Positions 1 to 8,336 are shown, counted from the first letter of the stretch. The stretch is 64,000 bases of DNA from a virus (IMGVR_UViG_3300028048_000096:1-64000); one strand, 5' to 3'. The notes: generated by a model not told the origin, from the sequence alone. Program-made: numbers and translations.

Positions 1-371
1 GCTTTGAATGCATCAATAGTTCCATTGGTAGATAAATGCCATCTACCATTGTCAAACCACATTTTCATCAAAGAACCATCAATCTTTTCAGTTATGAGAA
101 TATAATACCATTCTATATGTGCGGCCCAGGGTTCTCCATAGTTGAAGAACTTTTTAAAAGGACGACACACATAAATCCATTCACCATCAAAATCCTGCTT
201 TACAATGCACCCGCGCGCCTCCTGTACAACTTCATAATCAAAGTCAGATTCAATTTGGTTGTACTTTAAAAGTTTATATTCTCCATCAGTTTTAATAGAG
301 ATATTATAGGGCGGCTTAGAAAGCAAGTCCGCCCAATTATCATATTCATTTATAAAATCAAGTAATCTCAT
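1..371 (-). CDS. T4 Rnl1-type ATP-dependent RNA ligase (5' part; runs off window start)
   Basis: Manual translation (not in ORF track): MRLLDFINEYDNWADLL...KYNQIESDF...EARGCI...RPFKKFFNYGE...EKIDGSLM...WHLSTNG. EARG, KFFN.GE and the adenylation motif KxDGS are characteristic of the Rnl1 family. Confidence 0.88.
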   Translation of the reverse strand, partial: MRLLDFINEYDNWADLLSKPPYNISIKTDGEYKLLKYNQIESDFDYEVVQEARGCIVKQDFDGEWIYVCRPFKKFFNYGEPWAAHIEWYYILITEKIDGSLMKMWFDNGRWHLSTNGTIDAFK

Positions 372-386
372 TATATACTCCAATCT

Positions 387-1055
387 TTAAAAACCTGAAT
401 AATCTAATATAACTGGCTGGTCTCCACGATAACCAAAATTACCTGTGTGAAGGTCATTAATGCCCATTCCATCAATAAAATCTACAATAGCAGTAATTTT
501 TTCGGTGGGTATATCACAGAAAATAGCATAAATACGGTCTTCATCAGCCATATCATAGAAAATTTCGTTTATTCTATCATTGCGCTCGTCTTCATCTTCA
601 ATATATTCATAGTCTTTGCTATAACGAGAACTTACATAATCATAGCAACTTGAAGAAAAAGATTCTTCATCTATATTAACCAGCTCTTGCACATAAAATT
701 CACGCCCGTATACTTCTTTGTAAAAATAACAAGCGGCGAAGTAATCGTCTACATGGGTTTCACACGCAATTTTAAAATTATCAGCTTCTTTGCGGCAGTA
801 ATCATAATATTCATTCTGAATGTCACTTTTGATGTTGGTTTTTAAAACCCATTCACAGTCATTGTCACAGTCAATAAAAACGATTTTCGTACAGCCATAC
901 TCTATATTAATTCCAGTATGGAAAGTGAAATCTGCCTTACCAGCACACTCAAAATCCCAAGTAGTAGCATCAGAGTAATCAAAGAAACCATACTCATCTA
1001 ATTTCTCTATCATACCATCTAATATTTCTCTATTGTATGCGTCTAAGACTTTCAT
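387..1055 (-). CDS. Protein kinase-like fold protein
   Basis: YGCTKIVF, WVLK, YVQE, catalytic-loop-like DLHTGNFG and ILDY motifs. Start re-assigned to MKVLD (RBS AAGGAA). Confidence 0.6.
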   Translation of the reverse strand: MKVLDAYNREILDGMIEKLDEYGFFDYSDATTWDFECAGKADFTFHTGINIEYGCTKIVFIDCDNDCEWVLKTNIKSDIQNEYYDYCRKEADNFKIACETHVDDYFAACYFYKEVYGREFYVQELVNIDEESFSSSCYDYVSSRYSKDYEYIEDEDERNDRINEIFYDMADEDRIYAIFCDIPTEKITAIVDFIDGMGINDLHTGNFGYRGDQPVILDYSGF

Positions 1056-1078
1056 TTCAATTTCCTTTCTTTTATTTT

Positions 1079-1118
1079 CTATAATTATTATATCAAAAAT
1101 TTTTAAAAAAATCAAATT
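1079..1118 (-). promoter_or_regulatory. Sigma-A-type promoter
   Basis: Minus strand AATTTGATTTTTTTAAAAATTTTTGATATAAT upstream of the kinase-like gene. Confidence 0.65.
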
Positions 1119-1148
1119 AAAAAGAGCAAACGGATGCGTCTGCTCTTT
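1119..1148 (-). terminator. Intrinsic terminator
   Basis: AAAGAGCA...TGCTCTTT hairpin with T-run. Confidence 0.6.
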
Positions 1149-1164
1149 AAGAAGTGTGGGTATA

Positions 1165-1719
1165 TTAATGAGATTCTCGATATTCTCTTAATTTATAAAT
1201 TATATCTTCTAAATTCCAAGGATAACAGTCATTAGTATCCATTTCACAATGAAAGATTAAACCCTTATTAATGTCTGCGTCCCAATGCTGAGTATGAGAA
1301 TGACCACACACATTTATGAGTTGTTTTTTAAGCGGCTCCTCGCAATCAAAATTAGATACAAGAGTTGGATAGTGAGTAAAATAAAAGTTATAGCCACAAA
1401 ATTTATAGCGCGCTGCGAACCCTTCAACAATTGTATTAGGTAACTTTTGATATAACTCAATTCGCTTATCCGAATCGTGGTTTCCAATTATTATATGCTT
1501 AAAGCCGTTAAGCAACTTAAAATATTCAAGTCCTTCCTCAGTATTATTAAGCATTAAATCGCCCAATACATAAACCTCATCGCAAGATTCTACTAATGAA
1601 TTCCACCGTTTTATAATCGCTGCATTCATCTGGTCCACGTTCTCAAAACCACGAGGTTCATATAAGAATGGCTGCGCGTGGCAAAAATGTAAATCACTTG
1701 TTATAAATATATTTCCCAT
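1165..1719 (-). CDS. Calcineurin-like metallophosphoesterase
   Basis: DLHFCH, LGD, GNHD, THYP and GHSH motifs. Confidence 0.9.
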   Translation of the reverse strand: MGNIFITSDLHFCHAQPFLYEPRGFENVDQMNAAIIKRWNSLVESCDEVYVLGDLMLNNTEEGLEYFKLLNGFKHIIIGNHDSDKRIELYQKLPNTIVEGFAARYKFCGYNFYFTHYPTLVSNFDCEEPLKKQLINVCGHSHTQHWDADINKGLIFHCEMDTNDCYPWNLEDIIYKLREYRESH

Positions 1720-1720
1720 T

Positions 1721-2050
1721 CTATTTTTCTACCTCATATTTCATTATATAATCATATAAAACTCCAGCGTCAGTAATGTCCCACTTTGCTCCATCACTTA
1801 CTTCAATAACTCTCATATCTCCTCTCTCACCAAATTCTGTTTCCCAACAGAACCAATCAAGAGCCGAACCACAAATTGCGTCTTCTTTTAACTCGCACAT
1901 ATCATGAAGCAAATCATAGAATGAGTTAAGCCAACCGCTTGGTTTCCACTCCGGAGAAGCATCAAGCACATCCATTATTACATATTCTTCTTTAAGCATC
2001 TGCTCATATCTATTCACATATTTTACAAATTGTTCTTTACTCAGTTTCAT
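1721..2050 (-). CDS. Hypothetical phage protein
   Basis: 109 aa ORF, coupled to neighbours. Confidence 0.7.
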   Translation of the reverse strand: MKLSKEQFVKYVNRYEQMLKEEYVIMDVLDASPEWKPSGWLNSFYDLLHDMCELKEDAICGSALDWFCWETEFGERGDMRVIEVSDGAKWDITDAGVLYDYIMKYEVEK

Positions 2051-2513
2051 ATTCTTCTCCTAATATAGCAGTTACAATTAAATCCCAACCTTCATCATAA
2101 GTAGGCTTTTCCATTGTCTTATACATACGACGTATTACCTCTTCAGGTACAACCCTATCTCTTGCGGCCGCGCGCCGTATACATATATCAAGTGGAATAT
2201 CAAAAATAATACACGAAGTATCAATTAAAGAATCAAGTTCTTTAACTCTATTTAAAATTGCAATACGATTTTTTCTTTTTAAATTAGTGGCGTCATAAAT
2301 AACATTATATCCCTTTGCCAGCAGTCCTAAGGTAAGTTTTTCCATCTCTTCAAAAACTCTTTTAGGATTTCTTTGGTCATTAGCATCTCCCCATAATATT
2401 TCTCTTATATCATCTGAGGAAATAAGTACACATTCACCAGTATCTGCGGCCGCGCGACCTAAATATGTTTTTCCACTTCCAGGTATTCCACAAAAAAGAA
2501 TGAAATCAGCCAT
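2037..2513 (-). CDS. Polynucleotide kinase-like P-loop kinase (AAA_33)
   Basis: GIPGSGKT Walker A, SSDDIR, DATN and RxxxR lid, as in the T4 Pnkp kinase domain. Confidence 0.82.
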   Translation of the reverse strand: MADFILFCGIPGSGKTYLGRAAADTGECVLISSDDIREILWGDANDQRNPKRVFEEMEKLTLGLLAKGYNVIYDATNLKRKNRIAILNRVKELDSLIDTSCIIFDIPLDICIRRAAARDRVVPEEVIRRMYKTMEKPTYDEGWDLIVTAILGEEYETE

Positions 2514-2522
2514 TATTATCTC

Positions 2523-2774
2523 CTATTCTACGGGATTTTCTATCATATCAATTATACCTGGGAAATCTCTTTCAAGAAGAATTTCATTGGTATCCATATC
2601 TACATCCCAAATTCTAACATCATAAATGTGCTCTCCGAAAAAATCTTCAAGTTTTTCCATGGCTGCAATTCTATTAGGCGCACAAATAATACCACGTTCG
2701 TGACACTTTTCCCCAGAAGTATCATAATCATCATAAAATTTAACATCAAAAATAAAGTACCAAAGTTCTCCCAT
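2523..2774 (-). CDS. Hypothetical protein
   Basis: 83 aa ORF in operon. Confidence 0.65.
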   Translation of the reverse strand: MGELWYFIFDVKFYDDYDTSGEKCHERGIICAPNRIAAMEKLEDFFGEHIYDVRIWDVDMDTNEILLERDFPGIIDMIENPVE

Positions 2775-2963
2775 CTATTCCACTTCCTTATCTAATACAT
2801 CATTTAAAAATATTTCCAACCGTTCTACTAAATCTTCATTTGGTATATAGAAGCCGTCACTTCCAATATACGACTGAAAGTTCGCAATTAATTGCATCAG
2901 TCTCCATTCCGGTACGCGCTCCCATTGCTCTTTTAATCTATTTAATGTATCATATATAGACAT
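2775..2963 (-). CDS. Hypothetical phage protein
   Basis: 62 aa ORF; W..vPeWRLmQL motif common in small phage proteins. Confidence 0.65.
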   Translation of the reverse strand: MSIYDTLNRLKEQWERVPEWRLMQLIANFQSYIGSDGFYIPNEDLVERLEIFLNDVLDKEVE

Positions 2964-3505
2964 TATTTTTCCCTCTTATAACCAGTCGCTTTGTTTTCAA
3001 GTACCTTACCCCAACCATCTTCATCATAGGTTATGTTAGGGTTGCTAATCTCTATACCCGCATAGACGTAAGAATCCCCTTTGAGATTAAATCCATGCTC
3101 TATACCTTCTCCATATCTCTCGTCCATTTCAGCTTCATCAATTATTTCCATAAGTCCTTTATAGAAACCAATTGCATCGTAGATATAAGGCATCTCTTCA
3201 TCAATTTCCTTGATATAGCCGAAATATTCGGTTATACGGTCAAGCCGTTCATCAAGATTGCCTGTTGCAGTTTTAAGCCACTCAATTTGATTATTATATT
3301 TTCTCTTACTATCTTTATATGCTTCAAGCTCTTTTTCAAGGTCGTTAATAACTTCAACACAATCTGACTTTGTAAGGGGTCGAATTGATTCATAAGGAAG
3401 TATATCATTGATGGCAGCCGCGCGCTTATCGTTGCGTGAGAATGTGCCGATTGGATAGAATATATTATCATTTGTTTTTATAAAAAAATGTGTATACTGC
3501 GACAT
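2963..3505 (-). CDS. Hypothetical protein
   Basis: ORF with start re-assigned to MSQYTH (RBS AAGGAG). Confidence 0.7.
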   Translation of the reverse strand: MSQYTHFFIKTNDNIFYPIGTFSRNDKRAAAINDILPYESIRPLTKSDCVEVINDLEKELEAYKDSKRKYNNQIEWLKTATGNLDERLDRITEYFGYIKEIDEEMPYIYDAIGFYKGLMEIIDEAEMDERYGEGIEHGFNLKGDSYVYAGIEISNPNITYDEDGWGKVLENKATGYKREK

Positions 3506-3506
3506 T

Positions 3507-3674
3507 TTATTCTCCTTTCTGTTCCCACTCTTCCCATTCTTCTGCAAGAATGACATCTACATCATCATTATCACCATACCATTTGTATACATAATAACTA
3601 GCTTCTTCAAAAGTATCTTTATGAAGTGACATTATTTTTTCATTTGTTGATGTACGAACAATATAAAACTTCAT
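3507..3674 (-). CDS. Hypothetical protein
   Basis: Start MKFYIV after promoter and RBS. Confidence 0.6.
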   Translation of the reverse strand: MKFYIVRTSTNEKIMSLHKDTFEEASYYVYKWYGDNDDVDVILAEEWEEWEQKGE

Positions 3675-3699
3675 TTTTAATTCCTTTCTTATCTTTTCT

Positions 3700-3738
3700 A
3701 ATATTATTATACTAAAAATTTTAAAAAAAGTCAAATTA
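3700..3738 (-). promoter_or_regulatory. Sigma-A-type promoter
   Basis: AATTTGACTTTTTTTAAAATTTTTAGTATAAT. Confidence 0.75.
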
Positions 3739-3768
3739 AAAAAAGAGTAGACATAGGTCTACTCTTTA
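3738..3768 (-). terminator. Intrinsic terminator
   Basis: AAAAGAGTAGAC-atag-GTCTACTCTTTT perfect hairpin. Confidence 0.75.
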
Positions 3769-3772
3769 TATT

Positions 3773-5344
3773 TTAAAGTTGTATATGTTGCGCAATAAAA
3801 TCAACGAAATTCTTCATAAAATGAATTGATATAGTTGTTTTAGTAATTCGTCCTAAGCGAAATTCTTCAAAAACGGTCCGCGTCCAAGGAGTTTTTGCCT
3901 CTGTTCCATCGCCATGAAATCCTATTTTTACGAAACCCTCCATATCAGCCTTAGTAGCCATAATTCCTTCTTTTGCTGCTTCCAAATATACTGATAAGGG
4001 CATATAAACTCCAGATAAGTTGAAGATATGAATTATATTAATTTTATTGGGAACTTCCGTGATAGATAAATCATCGAAAAGAAAATGTCCAATTTGAGTA
4101 GCAATATTTCTTAAAACACCGTCCATAGGATTTCCCATTATCATATCTTTTCCAGCATTAGCTAAATAGTCAATAAGGTATTCTACATTGAAAGGGGCGT
4201 CGACCTTATCTAGTAATTTTTCTAAGTTTTCCAATGTAGTATTACTTTGAGCTTCAAAGCCTCCACGACTTTTAAACTTATCATTAATAAAATAATTTTT
4301 ATCTGAAATCATAACGATTTCACCTTCCATATCATGCATATCTTGATACAATTTATTGCAAGCATCAATCATATTAACTCTTACACTTTTTTCTTCATTA
4401 TTACCATTCTTATTTAAATCATTCCAATTAACAGTTCCAGTTGTCGAAGAAATAATTACATCTGCCTTGCCTAAATTGCCTCCTGTGTGTGCTGCTGTAA
4501 AACCAGGACCAGCAACATTTGGCAATCCTTGTAATAGCAAAGGAACAGTAGTAGCCTCTACGATTTCTTGTATTGTACCTTTAGCATACCCTTTCATCGT
4601 AGTTTTTATTTGCGGCAGTGCGGAACGTTTTTTGTTTTCTTGATTATATAACATAGCCTTTTGTGTATCTTGTACAAAAGATTCTAACTCTAATAAAGCG
4701 CTCACTTCTTTAAAAAAAGTATTATTTTGAAAAACATTAATTAATCCTAAAATTTCACCAAAAGCACGAACAGATTCCAAAGTTTCTTTTTCTTCCTTAG
4801 TTGCTGTAGTTTTGAGCCTACCATTTTCATCTATATAATCAGTTGCTTTTGACATAGCTTTAATCGCTTTTTGAAGAATTTCTTTCATTAATTGCTCATC
4901 AACTATTATATTTAATCCGCGCTGTCTAAAAACTTCTCTTGTCGCAGATTGTACATAACTAGAAAAGAATCCTGTAATATCTTGATAAGAATTACTTTTT
5001 TTCTCTGCAACTTGTTGAATAATTTGCACATTTCGTTTAAAAACGCCTTCTCTACTAAAAATTAAATTCATTCCCGTAATTAAGTCAGACCAGTTGTCTG
5101 TAGCATGAGAACCAAAACCATGACGTATTAAAAAATTCTGTTCAGATGCTCGCGCTATTTGAATCATAGCATTTAAATTCATAATTGCCGCATCACCATT
5201 ACGAAAACCACTGGAAAAAGCAAAAGAACGTGCTGCCAAATTGTTATGAGCTTCTTGTCCCGTTTCCCCGAAACGTTGGTGAAAATCTTCAGTGTATGAA
5301 AATTCCGCGGGGCCACCATGCGGATAATAACTTGAATTTGCCAT
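3773..5344 (-). CDS. Large hypothetical protein (~523 aa), possibly late or virion-associated
   Basis: Long ORF; start MANSSY with RBS AGGAGA; preceded by late-type TACTTA motif. Confidence 0.75.
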   Translation of the reverse strand: MANSSYYPHGGPAEFSYTEDFHQRFGETGQEAHNNLAARSFAFSSGFRNGDAAIMNLNAMIQIARASEQNFLIRHGFGSHATDNWSDLITGMNLIFSREGVFKRNVQIIQQVAEKKSNSYQDITGFFSSYVQSATREVFRQRGLNIIVDEQLMKEILQKAIKAMSKATDYIDENGRLKTTATKEEKETLESVRAFGEILGLINVFQNNTFFKEVSALLELESFVQDTQKAMLYNQENKKRSALPQIKTTMKGYAKGTIQEIVEATTVPLLLQGLPNVAGPGFTAAHTGGNLGKADVIISSTTGTVNWNDLNKNGNNEEKSVRVNMIDACNKLYQDMHDMEGEIVMISDKNYFINDKFKSRGGFEAQSNTTLENLEKLLDKVDAPFNVEYLIDYLANAGKDMIMGNPMDGVLRNIATQIGHFLFDDLSITEVPNKINIIHIFNLSGVYMPLSVYLEAAKEGIMATKADMEGFVKIGFHGDGTEAKTPWTRTVFEEFRLGRITKTTISIHFMKNFVDFIAQHIQL

Positions 5345-5697
5345 CTTATAATCTCCTAATAAAAAAGGGAAGTTCGCAACCAAACCTCCCAGAGATAAAA
5401 TATATGTAAAAAGTCGGCGCATAAACGCGAACTTGTATTCATTTCTAAATATAAGTACCAACCTATAAGGCCGACTTCAACTTTTTGAGTCAAAAATAAA
5501 TTTATTTTTGATGTGGATACGGACATTCAACTGGTCCATGCGTTCCACCAGCTTTTCTAATTTCCATTTCATATACCTCCTTTATTATTTATTCATGGGC
5601 AATCCTCCGTTTTAAATTAATTTTAAGAGACAGAAAACGCCACACGACATGTGTGACGTTATCGAGTACCTTTTCCACACTAGTGGATAGGCTAAAA

Positions 5698-5774
5698 TGG
5701 CACCGGTAGTTCGAATCAAACAAACGCCTTCTCGATTTGGAGTCGAGTTGTACTTTCAATTATACTATACCGAT
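5698..5774 (-). tRNA. trnW: tRNA-Trp(CCA)
   Basis: Cloverleaf; CTCGA-CTCCAAA-TCGAG anticodon arm; encoded CCA; atypical T-loop TTTGATT. Confidence 0.8.
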
Positions 5775-5775
5775 A

Positions 5776-5862
5776 TGGTGAGAGTGGCTATATTGAGAAT
5801 CATCATGAAGCCATTTCTGCCACATATACCGTAGTACGTAATACTAATATAGTAGCACTCTC
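5776..5862 (-). ncRNA. CCA-ended acceptor-stem RNA without a cloverleaf
   Basis: GAGAGTG/CACTCTC+ACCA then CTATATT/AATATAG; no D, anticodon or T arms; sits between two tRNAs. Confidence 0.45.
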
Positions 5863-5869
5863 AACTCTC

Positions 5870-5957
5870 TGGAGGAGAAGTAGGGATTCGAACCCTAGGA
5901 GCTTACGCTCAACGGTTTTCAGGACCGTCGCAATAAACCAGACTCTGCCACCTCTCC
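5870..5957 (-). tRNA. trnS: tRNA-Ser(TGA)
   Basis: ACGGT-CCTGAAA-ACCGT, long variable arm, TTCGAAT, CCA. Confidence 0.92.
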
Positions 5958-5960
5958 TTG

Positions 5961-6052
5961 TGGCGGGCGGTGCTGAATTCGAATCAGCGGAAGACTTTTA
6001 CATCTTCGGTCGTTTAGCAGACGACTGGTTTAAACCACTCACCCAACCGCCC
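5961..6052 (-). tRNA. trnS: tRNA-Ser(GCT)
   Basis: GTCGT-CTGCTAA-ACGAC, long variable arm, TTCGAAT, CCA. Confidence 0.92.
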
Positions 6053-6228
6053 AAATTTACGACCGTACATATGCACGGCTGCAATCTTATATGGTGAACT
6101 AAGTTAATAGGCTCCATGTCGTGTGTTCACCCGCGGGGTTCCTATACCCGACACACGCTTCTTACTACTCCCGAGGACCGAGTTTTTATGAGTTTTCTCT
6201 CTCAATTTTACGATATAATTATAGCAAT

Positions 6229-6303
6229 TGGAGCACCCAGTCCGTTATGCTCGGACGTCTCAAGATTACAAGGCTCGTGTTTTACTAATTAAACTATAGG
6301 TGC
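6229..6303 (-). tRNA. trnT: tRNA-Thr(TGT)
   Basis: GCACCTA/TGGGTGC acceptor; CTTGTAA loop; atypical T-loop AGCATAA; CCA. Confidence 0.75.
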
Positions 6304-6310
6304 ATATAAA

Positions 6311-6423
6311 TCTACGGGCGAGGATTTGCACCTCACATGGTTTCACCTGTCTTTGGCCTTCAGCTCTGCTCTCTCTATATGAAACCTTGCCTGACCAGCG
6401 TCTACCTATTCCGCCACCGTAGA
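6311..6423 (-). ncRNA. tRNA-like RNA with anticodon arm replaced by a larger domain
   Basis: TCTACGG/CCGTAGA acceptor, Leu-type D arm GCGGAATAGGTAGACGC, T arm GTGAGG-TGCAAAT-CCTCGC; middle is a GGTTTCA/TGAAACC stem with ~34 nt loop; no CCA. Confidence 0.6.
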
Positions 6424-6515
6424 TATAAAAGCATATCTTCCCCATATGCTAAAAGGGATAATTTAGCCACCAACTATCAAGTCAGTTTTGATTTACCCTC
6501 AATCTGTTAAAAGTT

Positions 6516-6593
6516 GACTTATGCCTATGGACCCCTAGGGATTCGAACCCTACCCTGGCGAGCCAATCTCGCGGCGCCCGATAGGCATAAGTC
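6516..6593 (-). ncRNA. Anticodon-less tRNA elbow mimic inside a 13 bp stem
   Basis: GACTTATGCCTAT/ATAGGCATAAGTC encloses GGGCGCC/GGGGTCC, hairpin GCGAG-ATTGG-CTCGC and T arm TAGGG-TTCGAAT-CCCTA. Confidence 0.55.
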
Positions 6594-7153
6594 TAAACAG
6601 CACAACCTGTTTATGCAGACACTTACGTTCTGGAGTTCCCCAACTTTATTAAGTCCACTTACTAGCGCTTGCGCTCTTGCCATAGTTATTCTCAAAGGAG
6701 CCAGACAAGGGAGTAACTTGCATACTCTCAACAACATTCAGTATTGGGTGGTGGAAAATCTATGTGAGCAAAATGCTTGCCCAGTCATAAATTAAGTGAT
6801 ATGTTCAAGCCTTCTCCCAACAAACATATCATGCTTCGTACCATACGACATTTGTAGCCTCGTACCAGGGCTTTGGCTAGACGAAGCGTCCCTGTGTAAA
6901 CAGCTCTGCAGAGAACCATTTAATTAAAAATCTACACTCGCCTCCCGTGGCTTGCACGTGCCTTTACTGCCAGGATATTTATCAGTGTAGAAAATTCTCC
7001 CGTGACCTTCCTCGGTGTCAATCCACCTATTTATATTACAACTTGCAACATCTAACTCGCTGCGGCAGGATTGATAGGAGGTTAACTTCTAGGCGACTTC
7101 CACACGTCTATGCGTGCTGGGTAAGAACCCCTCGCTTATCTAGACAGTTAAAA

Positions 7154-7228
7154 TGGTACACCTAGTAGGAATTGAACCCACATCTGATGGTCCGTAGCCA
7201 TCTGTTCTTTCCATTAGACTATAGGTGT
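7154..7228 (-). tRNA. trnR: tRNA-Arg(ACG)
   Basis: GATGG-CTACGGA-CCATC; TTCAATT; CCA. Confidence 0.92.
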
Positions 7229-7445
7229 ATGAAAGCATATTTCCCTCGTAAGGACGCATATGCTAGGCGCATTCATGAATTACCAGTTTTTCCGCTTGTA
7301 ACGCTCGCTTAAACTTGGATAAAAACATCACGACTGGAGGCATCTTTTTAAGTTTCATATTGAACTTAGGTGAGGAACCAGCGGGCAATCTCCAAAAGTC
7401 ACTAGTGCTGAAGTTTAGAGCCTTAAGAACTAGTACGAAGGCTAT

Positions 7446-7521
7446 TGGTGCGCCACCGCAGACTTGAACTGCGCACTCCGAAATTAAAAGTTTCGTACTC
7501 TGCCTGATGAGTTAGTAGCGC
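7446..7521 (-). tRNA. trnK: tRNA-Lys(TTT)
   Basis: CGAAA-CTTTTAA-TTTCG; TTCAAGT; CCA. Confidence 0.92.
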
Positions 7522-7664
7522 ATAAGTATAAGTTGAAGTTCTTCCAAATTTTTTACAATCTGTAAAACTAAGTCAATTGAATTAAGTTCTTCTTCTGTAT
7601 ATAAGTTTGGATTAACTTGAAAGTATGAACGGTTTTCAATTTTACGAAGTTCTACTGTTGTCAT
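7512..7664 (-). CDS. Small hypothetical protein (50 aa)
   Basis: MTTVELRKIENRSYFQ...; RBS AAGGAGA; stop overlaps the tRNA-Lys 5' end. Confidence 0.5.
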   Translation of the reverse strand: MTTVELRKIENRSYFQVNPNLYTEEELNSIDLVLQIVKNLEELQLILMRY

Positions 7665-7987
7665 TAGAAGTCTCCTTTTAAGTTAAACGTACAGGTGCGC
7701 GCGGTCGCTAATGTCTGTGCACTAGCGAAGTCAATATGCACGACATGGCAAGCGGCCGCGATGTGCATCAAATAAAAGGTTATTGTTCCACTATCAACTA
7801 CTTACAGGGTCCTCTTACCCAAGCCTTTAACATCATATAATTGTTAAAAGTAGGCTGTTCCTCGAACTCCATTTAACTACTGCCCCGCCGTTACGCTAAG
7901 CCCTACAGAGTCGCCGATTCGTCCAAGTCGCGGCCCGGTCTGTAGAGGTCCGTAGCACCCACTTTTAAAATTAATTTAATAGAAGAA

Positions 7988-8063
7988 TGGTGCAGGTGGT
8001 CAGTGCTGCCCTGACTGCCTTTCGGTCCCAGGCCGAACGCTCTGCTAGTTGAGCTACACCCAC
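7988..8063 (-). tRNA. trnP: tRNA-Pro(TGG)
   Basis: TTCGG-CCTGGGA-CCGAA; atypical T-loop GGCAGCA; CCA. Confidence 0.82.
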
Positions 8064-8187
8064 ATATACATATTGTAATTTTCACTTCGAACTCTATTGT
8101 TACAATAAAGCCAGAGTTTAGGCTTGTATGGTAGAATTTTTAGCATTACCCACCTCGCGCCACGTGGAGGCAAATTCCATGCGAGGT

Positions 8188-8265
8188 TGGAGATGGCGAG
8201 AGTCGAACTCGCGTATAGAATACGGCACTTTGGCTTTAATATCCTATCGAAACCCTAACATCCCC
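8188..8265 (-). ncRNA. tmRNA tRNA-like domain only (mini-tmRNA, no mRNA-like domain)
   Basis: GGGGATGTTAGGGTTTCGA...TACGCGAGTTCGACTCTCGCCATCTCCA: tmRNA-type termini, stemless D region, G3.U70; P2 (TAGGATAT/GTATTCTA) closed by a 15 nt loop. Confidence 0.75.
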
Positions 8266-8336
8266 ATAAATTCCGTATCCTCTACTAGCCAACAGATACG
8301 GATTTGTAGTTTAACGTCTAGAGCTAGCCTGGACAA

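Noticed and set aside
6516-6593. Y RNA (YrlA)
   Set aside because: Arm order is D-like then T with the long stem extending the acceptor helix, not the permuted YrlA layout; no Ro60/Rsr gene in the window.
8128-8335. Full-length or permuted two-piece tmRNA
   Set aside because: The 5' and 3' TLD halves are in normal order and joined by a 15 nt loop; no resume codon or tag ORF found nearby.
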